This document shows positions 1 through 8,919 of a DNA stretch of 64,000 bases, piece by piece. The DNA is from a virus: IMG/VR virus record IMGVR_UViG_3300005537_000002, positions 64,001-128,000 of that record. The stretch is one strand, 5' to 3'. Below the pieces are notes generated by a model. The model was not told where the DNA came from and did no database searches. It saw only the letters and a program-made list of their open reading frames with translations. Each line of letters begins with the position of its first letter. Position 1 is the first letter of the stretch. The position numbers and the translations under genes are program-made.

Positions 1-351
1 CCTTACGGGGGTAGACTTTCGCTACTCGAACGTATCAAGTCCGATGTGCTGGGTAAGGTCGACGTACATCTCTTAGGCATGGATGAAGACCTAGTAGAGT
101 TGAGGGTAGGTGGACCTACGGTCTGTAGTTGGGTGCGTAGTACGGACTCATCAAAACCAGTGTGCTATGGTCTAGGGGGTGTGAAGTTAGATGCACAGTA
201 CGGTCCTAGGGGTGTGAAGTATCCTGGTAGATCGAAGGACTTCTTCGAGTGTACTGTATCACCCACACAACGTGAAGCGGTACTGCATAATGTGGATGTA
301 CTGCACGGGTGGTTAACTGATGAGTCGAGGGTGAAGTGTGTGGTACTGTAG
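1..351 (+). CDS. 5'-truncated TGT-fold / DpdA-like base-exchange protein (C-terminal part)
   Basis: Frame is open from position 1 (PYGGRLSLLERIKSDVLGKVDVHLLG...VRSTDSSKPV). VHLLG and S.DSS.P resemble TGT-family TIM barrels; adjacent to Gat-QueC. Confidence 0.5.
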   Translation, partial: PYGGRLSLLERIKSDVLGKVDVHLLGMDEDLVELRVGGPTVCSWVRSTDSSKPVCYGLGGVKLDAQYGPRGVKYPGRSKDFFECTVSPTQREAVLHNVDVLHGWLTDESRVKCVVL

Positions 352-473
352 ACTCGAGTTCAAACTCGAGGACATGTGGATAGGGGTGTACTGGAGAGAC
401 ACCCCTAGTCGTATAGACATATGGGTATGCATACTACCATGCATACCAATCCATATATGGAGGGAGCAGCACA

Positions 474-2048
474 GTGTGTAGTATATCCGGTGTGATTATG
501 CCCGAGGGTACTTCGTACCTGAGTACGAGGCTACGGCATATCATAGATCAGGCATGTGAGAGAGGTCGTGACAGTTGGGGTACTGTCACGCTGCATACAG
601 ATCATACATACAGCAGCGTACGCTATACTGGTAGTCCGATCGAGACAGGGGTCGCTGGTACGTATCTACCTAGTAGCGCTAGGATATGTATATCGACATG
701 TAGGGCGGAGCCAACTACAGAGTGGGTACGGGAGAAAGGTATATACGATATACCACCATTCGTACATGGGAATTGGGCTTGTGCTCATAATGGATGCATA
801 GCCAACGATAAAGAGTTGGTACAGCGGTATGGACTATCGTTGGGTACGTCTATAGATACAGCGGTTATACCGGCCGTGTTGGACAAGATATGTCCCGACG
901 AACTCGATCTGGATCGTATACAGGAGTTCCTACGAGACGAGATCGAGGGTTCGTATGCTCTTGCGCTTGTGAATAGACGACATCCGGATACGCTTATCCT
1001 AGCCGTGAACTATCAACAACTATACATCGCGTATGATCAGCAGGCGGGTGCGTTGTTCTTCACCTCTATGGAAGAACACCTGTACGATGATACAGATATA
1101 CACCGCAGACTCGTACAGGGAGGGGTAGTAGAAGTACCTGCATACTCCATGCAGGTAGTACATCTTCCATCCCATAGGGGTAGTACATCTGTCATGGGTA
1201 GCAGTACTACCCTGCATGCAGGGTACAGTACAGATACAGGGCAGGGTAGTAGTACAGCCATGCAGGGTACAGTACAGATACAGGGCAGGTCCTTAAGGCA
1301 GTCCAGGGATGTACATAAGGCCCTGGTGGTCTGTAGTGGTGGACTAGACAGTACAGTAGCTGCTAGGGAGATGCAGGTACGTGGGTACGATGTTACACTG
1401 CTGCACTTCCTGTACAAGTGCAGGGCACAGGAGGGTGAGGTAGAGGCTGTACGTAAGATAGCAGCTGCCATGAACGTACCCTACCTATTCTGGGAGACAG
1501 ACTTCTTCACCAAGGTAGGTGGGTCTAGACTCACTAACACACACGGAGAGATCAACCGAGAAGGTGGTGGAATAGCAGGAGCAGAACTAGCTTGGGAGTG
1601 GTGTCCCGCAAGAAACACTGTCTTTCTAGCTATGGCTGCAGCTATAGCCGAAGTGCACGACTTTGAGTGTATTGTGTTAGGAGCAAATTTAGAAGAGGCC
1701 GGAAGTTATGCAGATAATACTCTCCCATTCATACGTAAGTTGGATGCAGTACTACCGTATGCACTCAATCTACACCACTACGTACGACTGGAGGCACCTC
1801 TCGTCAACCTGATGAAGCACGAAATCGTAGCATTGGGCCTGAAAAATGGTGCGCCGATGGAGCATTCGTACTCGTGCTATGAGTACGGAGAGCACCACTG
1901 TAACAACTGCGGTCCTTGCTTCTTACGTAAGACGGCGTTTAAGATGAACGGGACAGTGGATCCAGTGTTCGAGCATCTGTCTGAGGACGAGTTTTGGAGT
2001 GGGTGCGTTCCCTACTCCAAACGATCGGATCCAGCCATAGTTCGTTAG
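474..2048 (+). CDS. queC: Gat-QueC fusion (class II glutamine amidotransferase + 7-cyano-7-deazaguanine synthase)
   Basis: N-terminal MCSISG (Ntn Cys2), RAEPTTE, HNGCIAN; QueC motifs SGGLDST, CPARNTVF, and Zn site SC..G..HC..CGPC..R. Confidence 0.92.
   Translation: MCSISGVIMPEGTSYLSTRLRHIIDQACERGRDSWGTVTLHTDHTYSSVRYTGSPIETGVAGTYLPSSARICISTCRAEPTTEWVREKGIYDIPPFVHGNWACAHNGCIANDKELVQRYGLSLGTSIDTAVIPAVLDKICPDELDLDRIQEFLRDEIEGSYALALVNRRHPDTLILAVNYQQLYIAYDQQAGALFFTSMEEHLYDDTDIHRRLVQGGVVEVPAYSMQVVHLPSHRGSTSVMGSSTTLHAGYSTDTGQGSSTAMQGTVQIQGRSLRQSRDVHKALVVCSGGLDSTVAAREMQVRGYDVTLLHFLYKCRAQEGEVEAVRKIAAAMNVPYLFWETDFFTKVGGSRLTNTHGEINREGGGIAGAELAWEWCPARNTVFLAMAAAIAEVHDFECIVLGANLEEAGSYADNTLPFIRKLDAVLPYALNLHHYVRLEAPLVNLMKHEIVALGLKNGAPMEHSYSCYEYGEHHCNNCGPCFLRKTAFKMNGTVDPVFEHLSEDEFWSGCVPYSKRSDPAIVR
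1215..1289 (+). repeat. 31-bp direct repeat (1215-1245, 1259-1289) in the Gat-QueC linker
   Basis: CATGCAGGGTACAGTACAGATACAGGGCAGG occurs twice, period 44 nt. Confidence 0.9.
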
Positions 2049-2270
2049 TGGATCCGATCGTTTGACTAGGTCTGTTGTTGTTTAGTTGCGAGAGTCTTCC
2101 GAAAGGGGAGAAAGGTACGTCTTTCGATATGATCCACTATTCCAAACAATAGTGGATCATATCGAATCGGTGGGCTCTCGCATATTTTCAAGTGTGGAAC
2201 GTGCTAAAGAGAGGTCGAGTAGATCATACCGGGTGGATCCACTATCGATGTGTTGGTGGATCATATCGAA
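2018..2270. repeat. Cluster of inverted repeats built on GTGGATC
   Basis: 16-bp IR at 2018-2033/2049-2064; 19-bp IR at 2123-2141/2148-2166; a third arm copy at 2256-2270; GTGGATCCAC palindrome at 2233. Confidence 0.85.
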
Positions 2271-2322
2271 AGGTACCCGCATTGCGCTGATACGAGCACC
2301 TTTCATAGAAAGGAATACGCTC

Positions 2323-2928
2323 ATGCGTAAGTTGGATAGTTCAGGCATGCCTAACAATTGGCGAACGAAACTGAGACCTCAAACTGTTCGCCCTTGGGTT
2401 ACGGTAGGGGGTTTAGTACTCGCAGCTATTGGGGTTGGCGAGGCCTTCGGCAAGCAGTACACGTTCGCCACGACGTTACTAGCTGGGTTAGTCGTACTGC
2501 TATTGGTAGCTGATCTTTGGCTCTACAACGCATCTTCATACTTATTAGAAGGTCGTATAGAAGGGCTACTCCAAGACGTTAACGAAGAACAACAACGTTA
2601 CGAGGCTCTGCTGAAACGTAACGATAAGTTGGAGAGGGAGCAGCAGGAGTTTGCTAGTTTGCTAAAGGAGGCGTATACGCAAGATCGGCAGGGAACTAAC
2701 CTACAAGCACGCGTAGTATCACCGGGTAGGTATCAAGTACAGAGCACCTTCGGTAAGTGGTATAACATTCACTGGAACTCTTCGGGACTCGCCTGTGAGT
2801 GTAGATTGTACGCCACCTGCAATGAATGTCCCCACAGTGCGAAGGCTCGCAGAATGCATGAAGTAGTTATCAAGACTGGACAGCAACCTTCCTCGACGAC
2901 AGACAACTTGGGTCCTTGGCTCAGGTAA
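2323..2928 (+). CDS. Membrane protein with coiled coil and C-terminal SWIM zinc finger
   Basis: GAAAGGA RBS before ATG 2323; two hydrophobic segments; CxC...CxH (CECRLYATCNECPH). Confidence 0.65.
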   Translation: MRKLDSSGMPNNWRTKLRPQTVRPWVTVGGLVLAAIGVGEAFGKQYTFATTLLAGLVVLLLVADLWLYNASSYLLEGRIEGLLQDVNEEQQRYEALLKRNDKLEREQQEFASLLKEAYTQDRQGTNLQARVVSPGRYQVQSTFGKWYNIHWNSSGLACECRLYATCNECPHSAKARRMHEVVIKTGQQPSSTTDNLGPWLR

Positions 2929-2932
2929 CCTC

Positions 2933-2961
2933 TTGTATACTTGAGTATAGTACACTATAAT
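2933..2961 (+). promoter_or_regulatory. Sigma70-like phage promoter
   Basis: CCTC-TTGTAT-17-TATAAT; member of a 21-copy family. Confidence 0.7.
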
Positions 2962-3003
2962 ATATTGTATAAGTATTCAAGCGTATACGAGGTTTTTAGC
3001 ACA

Positions 3004-4089
3004 GTGAGGTACACATTTAGTCCGTTCGTGACTAGGAGACCCAAGTTGCAGGAAGCAGTTGAGTACGCCACACCCATGTGGCGTACTCAGAGGCCTACAG
3101 TATTTCCTAAGTCGACTATGGACGTAATTACGTCATCTCCCCAGTTCGTTGACGTAGCTGTCAATAGTGGGTCGATGGTCTTCTCTCGTGCACTTGCTTC
3201 TCAACCTACTGCAAGCAATGACCAGAACATCTTCGCTATCGAGTCCTTAAAGTCGGTTTTGCAGTGTACTACCGACTTGAACGTGCCTAGAGACGACTGG
3301 TTCGAACGCTTCTGTGCTAACGTCCATCCAGACAACCTCAATTACGAACCCGGCTACATTACGGACCGGTTCGTGTACTCTCCTGCGAAGTCTAGGCCTC
3401 ACATGCTACGAAAGACAGCTGTGTACTTAGACACTCTACTGCAACGATACCCTACTTCACTTATGAGAGCTTGTGTGGGGTACGCTATACTGCGTACGTA
3501 TACTTGGCGAGAAGTGAGTTGGAGTAGACTGTCTAAACAGGGCAAGCTTATACAAGGGAGGAGGCCACACAAACTATGGGAGCCGATTTGTAGACGAGCT
3601 TGGTCTCTACGACTGGCAGCGGAAGAGTTTGCAAAGACTCCCACGAGAAGGCTACATCAAATATCGGAGACTAGCGTTCTACAGGCTATACGAACCTTCG
3701 ACATCTATACGGGTGCAGTCGTGTATGCAAACCCTCTGTGGCCGTGGATGTCCACAGACGACTGGTCCGCGTATAGTCAGTTTACCGCTGACCTGAACTC
3801 CATACTTATGCAATGTCCGGTCAAGACTTCCAACTGGAGTGACAATAGGAGCCTTGATACTATCTACAAGGAGGTGACTAGTTGGATTGAAGAATCCTTT
3901 GCAAGAGGCGCCGGATTCTTCATACTCAACACGCAAAGCTCTAACTTTCCACAACCTGACGACCTATATAGTTGGTTGAGAACTAGATACGGTCGTCATC
4001 TGCTACTTGTCGAAGAAGTAGCTACCCAAATTAGCGCCCAACAGCCGTTTTCTGAGTGGTTTGGAACTATCCGGAATCCGACACTATAA
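3004..4089 (+). CDS. Atypical DNA adenine methyltransferase-fold protein (paralog 1)
   Basis: Motif I-like FVDVAVNSG, motif IV-like YANPLW; colinear with 12143-13207. Start set at GTG 3004 from a GAGGT RBS and the paralog alignment. Confidence 0.55.
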   Translation: MRYTFSPFVTRRPKLQEAVEYATPMWRTQRPTVFPKSTMDVITSSPQFVDVAVNSGSMVFSRALASQPTASNDQNIFAIESLKSVLQCTTDLNVPRDDWFERFCANVHPDNLNYEPGYITDRFVYSPAKSRPHMLRKTAVYLDTLLQRYPTSLMRACVGYAILRTYTWREVSWSRLSKQGKLIQGRRPHKLWEPICRRAWSLRLAAEEFAKTPTRRLHQISETSVLQAIRTFDIYTGAVVYANPLWPWMSTDDWSAYSQFTADLNSILMQCPVKTSNWSDNRSLDTIYKEVTSWIEESFARGAGFFILNTQSSNFPQPDDLYSWLRTRYGRHLLLVEEVATQISAQQPFSEWFGTIRNPTL

Positions 4090-4105
4090 CCGAGAAAGGG
4101 TGTTA

Positions 4106-4396
4106 ATGTTGTCGACAATCCCCCCAGTGACAGCAGAGTCACTTAAAGCACTAGCCGCTGTGCTAGTACGTCTGCGATACCCATTAGCCAACTTAAATGG
4201 AGAAGCTGTCGCTATTCAAATAACCCTCACTGATATACCTCCACATCAAATGCAGGAGGTCCGCAACGTATACGGAGAAAAAGCTGTAGACTTCGAGTGG
4301 TGGACCGTTACGTGGTTCCGCTTTATAGTAACTATCGCTCGACTTGCGGATGCAAAAGCTACTATGTGGGTGACCTTCGTATACCCTGTTCAGTGA
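4106..4396 (+). CDS. Hypothetical protein
   Basis: ORF with GAAAGGG RBS. Confidence 0.55.
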   Translation: MLSTIPPVTAESLKALAAVLVRLRYPLANLNGEAVAIQITLTDIPPHQMQEVRNVYGEKAVDFEWWTVTWFRFIVTIARLADAKATMWVTFVYPVQ

Positions 4397-4410
4397 CAGG
4401 AGAGGCCCTC

Positions 4411-4439
4411 TTGTAATATCGTAGAGCGTCACATATAAT
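4411..4439 (+). promoter_or_regulatory. Sigma70-like phage promoter
   Basis: CCTC-TTGTAA-17-TATAAT. Confidence 0.7.
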
Positions 4440-4481
4440 ATAACTATAAGTGGTCTTGTAGGAAATCAGCAGTTCAGTCCC

Positions 4482-4730
4482 GTGCGGTCGTACGACGTAG
4501 TGCAAATCACGGTGACAAGCACACGTGAGAGGGTGCTTGTGACGTTTTACGATACTAAGACAGCGATTGTACTCTCGTGCGAAGAAGCAGTACGAGAGTA
4601 CGACGAACAAGTACCGGTCGTCTGCAGCTACAAGGTGTGGATTATGGTACTTGTTTTCGTGTCCGGGCTATTACTTATTAACATAGTACTTATCACTGTC
4701 ATACTCTTCCTCCTACTTCACCACAAATAA
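4482..4730 (+). CDS. Small membrane protein
   Basis: C-terminal hydrophobic helix; first ORF after the promoter. Confidence 0.45.
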   Translation: MRSYDVVQITVTSTRERVLVTFYDTKTAIVLSCEEAVREYDEQVPVVCSYKVWIMVLVFVSGLLLINIVLITVILFLLLHHK

Positions 4731-4748
4731 CTCAAAAGGTAACTTTAT

Positions 4749-4964
4749 ATGGATGTAAAATCAACCCTTCGCATAGCTTTCCTACTTATTGGTAGGCAAA
4801 TCGCGGCTGAGTTTCTGTCACAGGCAGTTTGTAAGAGACTCGAGCGAGAAGATATACCAGATGACTCGTGGATGTCTGAGAGCCACGAGTATCCATTTCA
4901 CACTATCGTAGCTCAAGCTATGTGCGACGCTTTATTCGATATACAGAGTACCTCGCACGACTAG
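4749..4964 (+). CDS. Hypothetical protein
   Basis: AAAGG RBS; operon packing. Confidence 0.45.
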   Translation: MDVKSTLRIAFLLIGRQIAAEFLSQAVCKRLEREDIPDDSWMSESHEYPFHTIVAQAMCDALFDIQSTSHD

Positions 4965-6184
4965 AACGGAGCTTGTGTTTGAGCGAAAAAAGGAGGGTAC
5001 GACTTTTAGGTATTAGTCTCATAGTAGTGATGGTGCTGTTCATAGTGGTGATGTCGCTACTATTATGGAACTTACTACTCAAACCTACGGAGGTAAAACA
5101 TCATATGACTCTTAATACTATGGGTGGCTATGTATTTCCGGACGACGCAGTTTGCGACGCACCTAGTCAGTACTCCGACGGAAGGGTTATCAATACTCTT
5201 AACGTCGAGTATCTACATGTTGATTCTGGTGGAGCACTTGTAACCCTGACTAGTGGGTGTAACGCGTATAACGACTCGAATGTAGCTTCTGTCAAAGCAC
5301 ACAGCAACAGGCAGTTCGTAACTGTCAGTGGGGATAGTGGTGGGTTTCAAGTACTCATAAGCGATACTCAGCTTACAAACACCTTTATCAGTACGGTACA
5401 AGCATTTCTCTCGAAGATAGGGTTTACCGGAGTTGAGTTGGACTTTGAGGACTTCGGTTCTTGGACTTCCTCTCAGTATGCCAGTTATGTAGCGTTCGTC
5501 AAACGTCTTAGTACTGAGTTGCATAGCACAGGGCACTTACTAGCTATCGACTGCCCAGCGATATCCGACCAAACCTATCAGAGCTACTATCCTCACTGGT
5601 CATATAAAGACTTCGACGGGGTTCAAGTAGAGTTACGCGTGATGGCGTACGACTACGAATACGACCAGGGTGCAGGTAATCCGATAGCGCCTATAGACTG
5701 GATCACCAACATTTGTAAGTGGACTAGGTCTCAAATCACTGATCCTAGTAGGATCACTATCATACTCAACTCTTACGGGTACCACGGAGTGAGAAATAAG
5801 TACGCCGCTAATCGAGATACATACAGCCAGTCAAAAGCCTACTACGGTTTTAATACAGCTTCAAGGGATGCTTCTTCTGGTGAGATGACTTGGTCTGTAG
5901 GGGGCGAGGTCTACTACTATACGGACAGCGAAACGTTGAACCAGAAAGTGACCGCTGTGCTAAACTCTGGTACGGGTATCAACAACATTGCCATCTTCCA
6001 CTTAGGTGGAGGAAACAAGTGGCCAACGGTTACTCCTCCACCTACACCGGTGTCCACACCAACAGTTACGAGTGACGTGTCTCCAGCACTCTCTTCTCTA
6101 CTGAAGTGGATGGAAGCCGAACTACCGAGTTGGTACGCAGCTAACTTCGACTCGACTGGAAAGTATATTGGAGGTAGTCACTAG
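4922..6184 (+). CDS. Membrane-anchored GH18 (chitinase-like) glycoside hydrolase
   Basis: N-terminal TM helix; GFTGVELDFE (DxDxE-like, catalytic E kept); VMAYDY; PIAPIDW; P/T-rich linker. Start uncertain. Confidence 0.8.
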   Translation: MRRFIRYTEYLARLERSLCLSEKRRVRLLGISLIVVMVLFIVVMSLLLWNLLLKPTEVKHHMTLNTMGGYVFPDDAVCDAPSQYSDGRVINTLNVEYLHVDSGGALVTLTSGCNAYNDSNVASVKAHSNRQFVTVSGDSGGFQVLISDTQLTNTFISTVQAFLSKIGFTGVELDFEDFGSWTSSQYASYVAFVKRLSTELHSTGHLLAIDCPAISDQTYQSYYPHWSYKDFDGVQVELRVMAYDYEYDQGAGNPIAPIDWITNICKWTRSQITDPSRITIILNSYGYHGVRNKYAANRDTYSQSKAYYGFNTASRDASSGEMTWSVGGEVYYYTDSETLNQKVTAVLNSGTGINNIAIFHLGGGNKWPTVTPPPTPVSTPTVTSDVSPALSSLLKWMEAELPSWYAANFDSTGKYIGGSH

Positions 6185-6651
6185 TGCCATCAACGTATTA
6201 CGAGGACTATGTAATACCTCCACCATTTACATTACCAGCTAAACAGGTTGGACAGATGACTCTACCGGAAGCGTTATCGATGGCACAGTGTGTAAGCGAC
6301 CCGTACGCTAAGAGGCGTAGGAAGGGGTATAGCATGATCACTGTGCTATATCTGCTGACGTATAGCGTGGTTGCGTTCGACATAGATAGTATAGTTTACT
6401 GGAACATCGAAACGTGGACCTTTCGAGTCGTGCTGTGGATAGCAGTTATGATAGTATGGGCTAACTTCGTTAGCGGAACCCTACGTATACGGCCGACTAG
6501 ACGGCAGGTTGTAGAGATGGCTACGACACTAAGTATGAAAGCAGTCTCGATCTCTAAGCTGGCACGCGGTCGGAAAATCTCTTTCCCAAAGGTTATACCA
6601 AACGAGGATACCACTACCTACTTAAGAGCCATTAAGCGGAAGCTAACGTGA
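6184..6651 (+). CDS. Two-TM membrane protein, possible synthase accessory subunit
   Basis: Two hydrophobic helices; overlaps both neighbouring genes. Confidence 0.5.
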   Translation: MPSTYYEDYVIPPPFTLPAKQVGQMTLPEALSMAQCVSDPYAKRRRKGYSMITVLYLLTYSVVAFDIDSIVYWNIETWTFRVVLWIAVMIVWANFVSGTLRIRPTRRQVVEMATTLSMKAVSISKLARGRKISFPKVIPNEDTTTYLRAIKRKLT

Positions 6652-7994
6652 GATCTGTTTATAAAAGTATTACGTATAGTGCATTGTGGATGGTTACGGC
6701 TGCTATAGCAGCTTCAACTAGGTTTATACAACCGCATCCATTCGATACGCCGTTTCTCGATACGATGAGACACGTTATAGTCTTCTTTGCGTCTATACTA
6801 CTAGCGAAATACTTCTTCTATATGGTAGTAGCTCCATTCTACGACGTAATAGAGAGTCGCAGAGTCGTTACTACGCTTATGGCGGACTACTACCCGTTAG
6901 TGTCAGTGATGATACCTGCCTGGAACGAAGAGGTAGGTCTACTAGGTACGGTCAAGACGCTACTAGACTCCACCTACAGACATGTGGAGCTCGTCATTGT
7001 GAACGATGGTAGCACAGATGGCTCGCACGCAATGATGCTCAACTTCGTCAGTAAGTATAACGAGCAGATGACTGACGTACCCGAGTACAAGCGCATACGT
7101 ATACTCTACCACTACCAACCAAACGGAGGCAAGGGAAGCGCACTAAACACAGCGATCCAACTGTCTCACGGAGCTATACTACTGTCCATTGACGCTGACT
7201 GTCACGTTCACGCCCGCTGTATTGAGGAGTTCGTGAACGCATTCCGTAACCCTAAAGTTATGGCTGCCGTCGGTAACGTGAGGGTAGGCAATACAAAGTC
7301 ACTCGTGGGTACAATCCAGTACCTAGAATATATCTTCGGATTCTACTTTAAGAAAGCGGACAGCTTGCTCAACACCATCTATATTATCGGTGGAGCGGCT
7401 GGTGCATTCCGGCGGGAAGTGTTTCAAGTGATTGGTGGGTATAATACCAAGAACATTACGGAAGACATTGAGCTATCCGTCCGAATACAGGAACAAGGTT
7501 GGAAAATCGTTTACTGTCCTGGAGCACTCGTACTAACTGAGGGAGCGTCTACACTCACAGGCTTGAAGAAGCAACGCTACCGTTGGAAGTACGGTCGGTT
7601 CCAAACGTTTATGCAGCATCGCAACTTGTTCTTCTCGACTGAGCGTAGGCATAACAAGTTGCTGTGCTGGGTGATACTACCGCTAGCGATATTTGGGGAG
7701 GTGCAACTCGGACTTGAGTTACTATTTATCACTATGCTATACGTATTCGCACTCCTATCGGGTGACTTCTCGGCATTTCTGAGTGGTGTATTTGTAGTCT
7801 CTCTCATGTTCGGCGTACAAGCACACGACAGTGGAGAGTTCAACATCAGCACTCTACTGCTAGCACCTATAGGGTGGCTACTATTCTACGTCACCACCTA
7901 CGTCGAGGTGTACGCACTTATCCGGAGTATATGGAATCTAATCCGCAAACGCGACGTACAGTGGCAGAAGTGGAAACGAACCGGTGTACAATGA
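6648..7994 (+). CDS. Processive GT2 glycosyltransferase (PgaC/IcaA/cellulose-synthase-like)
   Basis: IPAWNEE, NDGSTD, GGKGSALN, DAD, TED, QRYRW (QxxRW) and flanking TM helices. Confidence 0.92.
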   Translation: MRSVYKSITYSALWMVTAAIAASTRFIQPHPFDTPFLDTMRHVIVFFASILLAKYFFYMVVAPFYDVIESRRVVTTLMADYYPLVSVMIPAWNEEVGLLGTVKTLLDSTYRHVELVIVNDGSTDGSHAMMLNFVSKYNEQMTDVPEYKRIRILYHYQPNGGKGSALNTAIQLSHGAILLSIDADCHVHARCIEEFVNAFRNPKVMAAVGNVRVGNTKSLVGTIQYLEYIFGFYFKKADSLLNTIYIIGGAAGAFRREVFQVIGGYNTKNITEDIELSVRIQEQGWKIVYCPGALVLTEGASTLTGLKKQRYRWKYGRFQTFMQHRNLFFSTERRHNKLLCWVILPLAIFGEVQLGLELLFITMLYVFALLSGDFSAFLSGVFVVSLMFGVQAHDSGEFNISTLLLAPIGWLLFYVTTYVEVYALIRSIWNLIRKRDVQWQKWKRTGVQ

Positions 7995-8893
7995 CAAACA
8001 AAGAAAAAGGGTTCACTATGGCGGTGTGTATAAATTGTGGAAAAGGACTTTCTCTATGGAACAGACTTGTGAGACAGACCATATGCAGTGAATGTGGTGA
8101 ATACTTTCAGAACGAACGTTATAGGTGGCTGTCTGCGATCGAGAGGGACTTTTCTAGAGGAGGTGTATCCTTAGAGTTGGAGACCCAAATGTATCAACAC
8201 TTCCAAAGTATACATATGCCTGAGTATGAAGGCATCCCTGTCATAGAAAAGATGAGATACTTTAGAGAACTTTCGGAAGTGCAGTGGGGTAATGTACCAA
8301 CCATTCGTATAGATAGGCATCTAGACTCAGATGAGTACGCCTACTTCTCGTTCGAGACTACGTACTATAATAAACAGCTAAGACCCGTCGAGGGTATATT
8401 GGTAGGTACTAACAAGAAGTGCTACTTCCACCCCATATCTGGCGTAGGTGGAGTACATATCAATTGGGGTAATATAAGCCAAGTGAAGGAGGAGTCCGTA
8501 CGAGTATACACCCATCCCAGACCTCTACGAGGTGTTACAGAACAGTTGGTAGTCAAGAGGGTTTTAAGAATCTCCGTATCTGCCAGTTCCGGTGGAGGGG
8601 ATTACTACGTAAGAGACCCGTTTAAGGCTTGTATCTACATCGACACTCTTGTACGTATTTGGAAGAGACAACTAATCATTCGTAGAGAGTTAGGCACATA
8701 CGGAGACGTACCTAATCACGTAAAGTCTGATGTGTATAAACGAGATAAGGGATGCTGTCAACAATGCGGCTACAGTGGGGACTACATCGAGTATGACCAC
8801 ATCATACCTCGGAGTAAGGGAGGGTCGAATACGGTAGATAATATACAACTTCTTTGTAGGAGATGTAATTTGCAAAAGGGAGATAGGCTGTAA
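7991..8893 (+). CDS. HNH endonuclease with an extended N-terminal region
   Basis: RDKGCCQQC...EYDHIIPRSKGGSNTVDNIQLLCRRCN; N-terminal CxxC pairs. Confidence 0.85.
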   Translation: MTNKEKGFTMAVCINCGKGLSLWNRLVRQTICSECGEYFQNERYRWLSAIERDFSRGGVSLELETQMYQHFQSIHMPEYEGIPVIEKMRYFRELSEVQWGNVPTIRIDRHLDSDEYAYFSFETTYYNKQLRPVEGILVGTNKKCYFHPISGVGGVHINWGNISQVKEESVRVYTHPRPLRGVTEQLVVKRVLRISVSASSGGGDYYVRDPFKACIYIDTLVRIWKRQLIIRRELGTYGDVPNHVKSDVYKRDKGCCQQCGYSGDYIEYDHIIPRSKGGSNTVDNIQLLCRRCNLQKGDRL

Positions 8894-8919
8894 CAACCAA
8901 AAAAAAGGAGGCATACGGA

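Noticed and set aside
2086-2322. N-terminal extension of the SWIM ORF
   Set aside because: Runs through the inverted-repeat cluster; a good RBS lies before ATG 2323.
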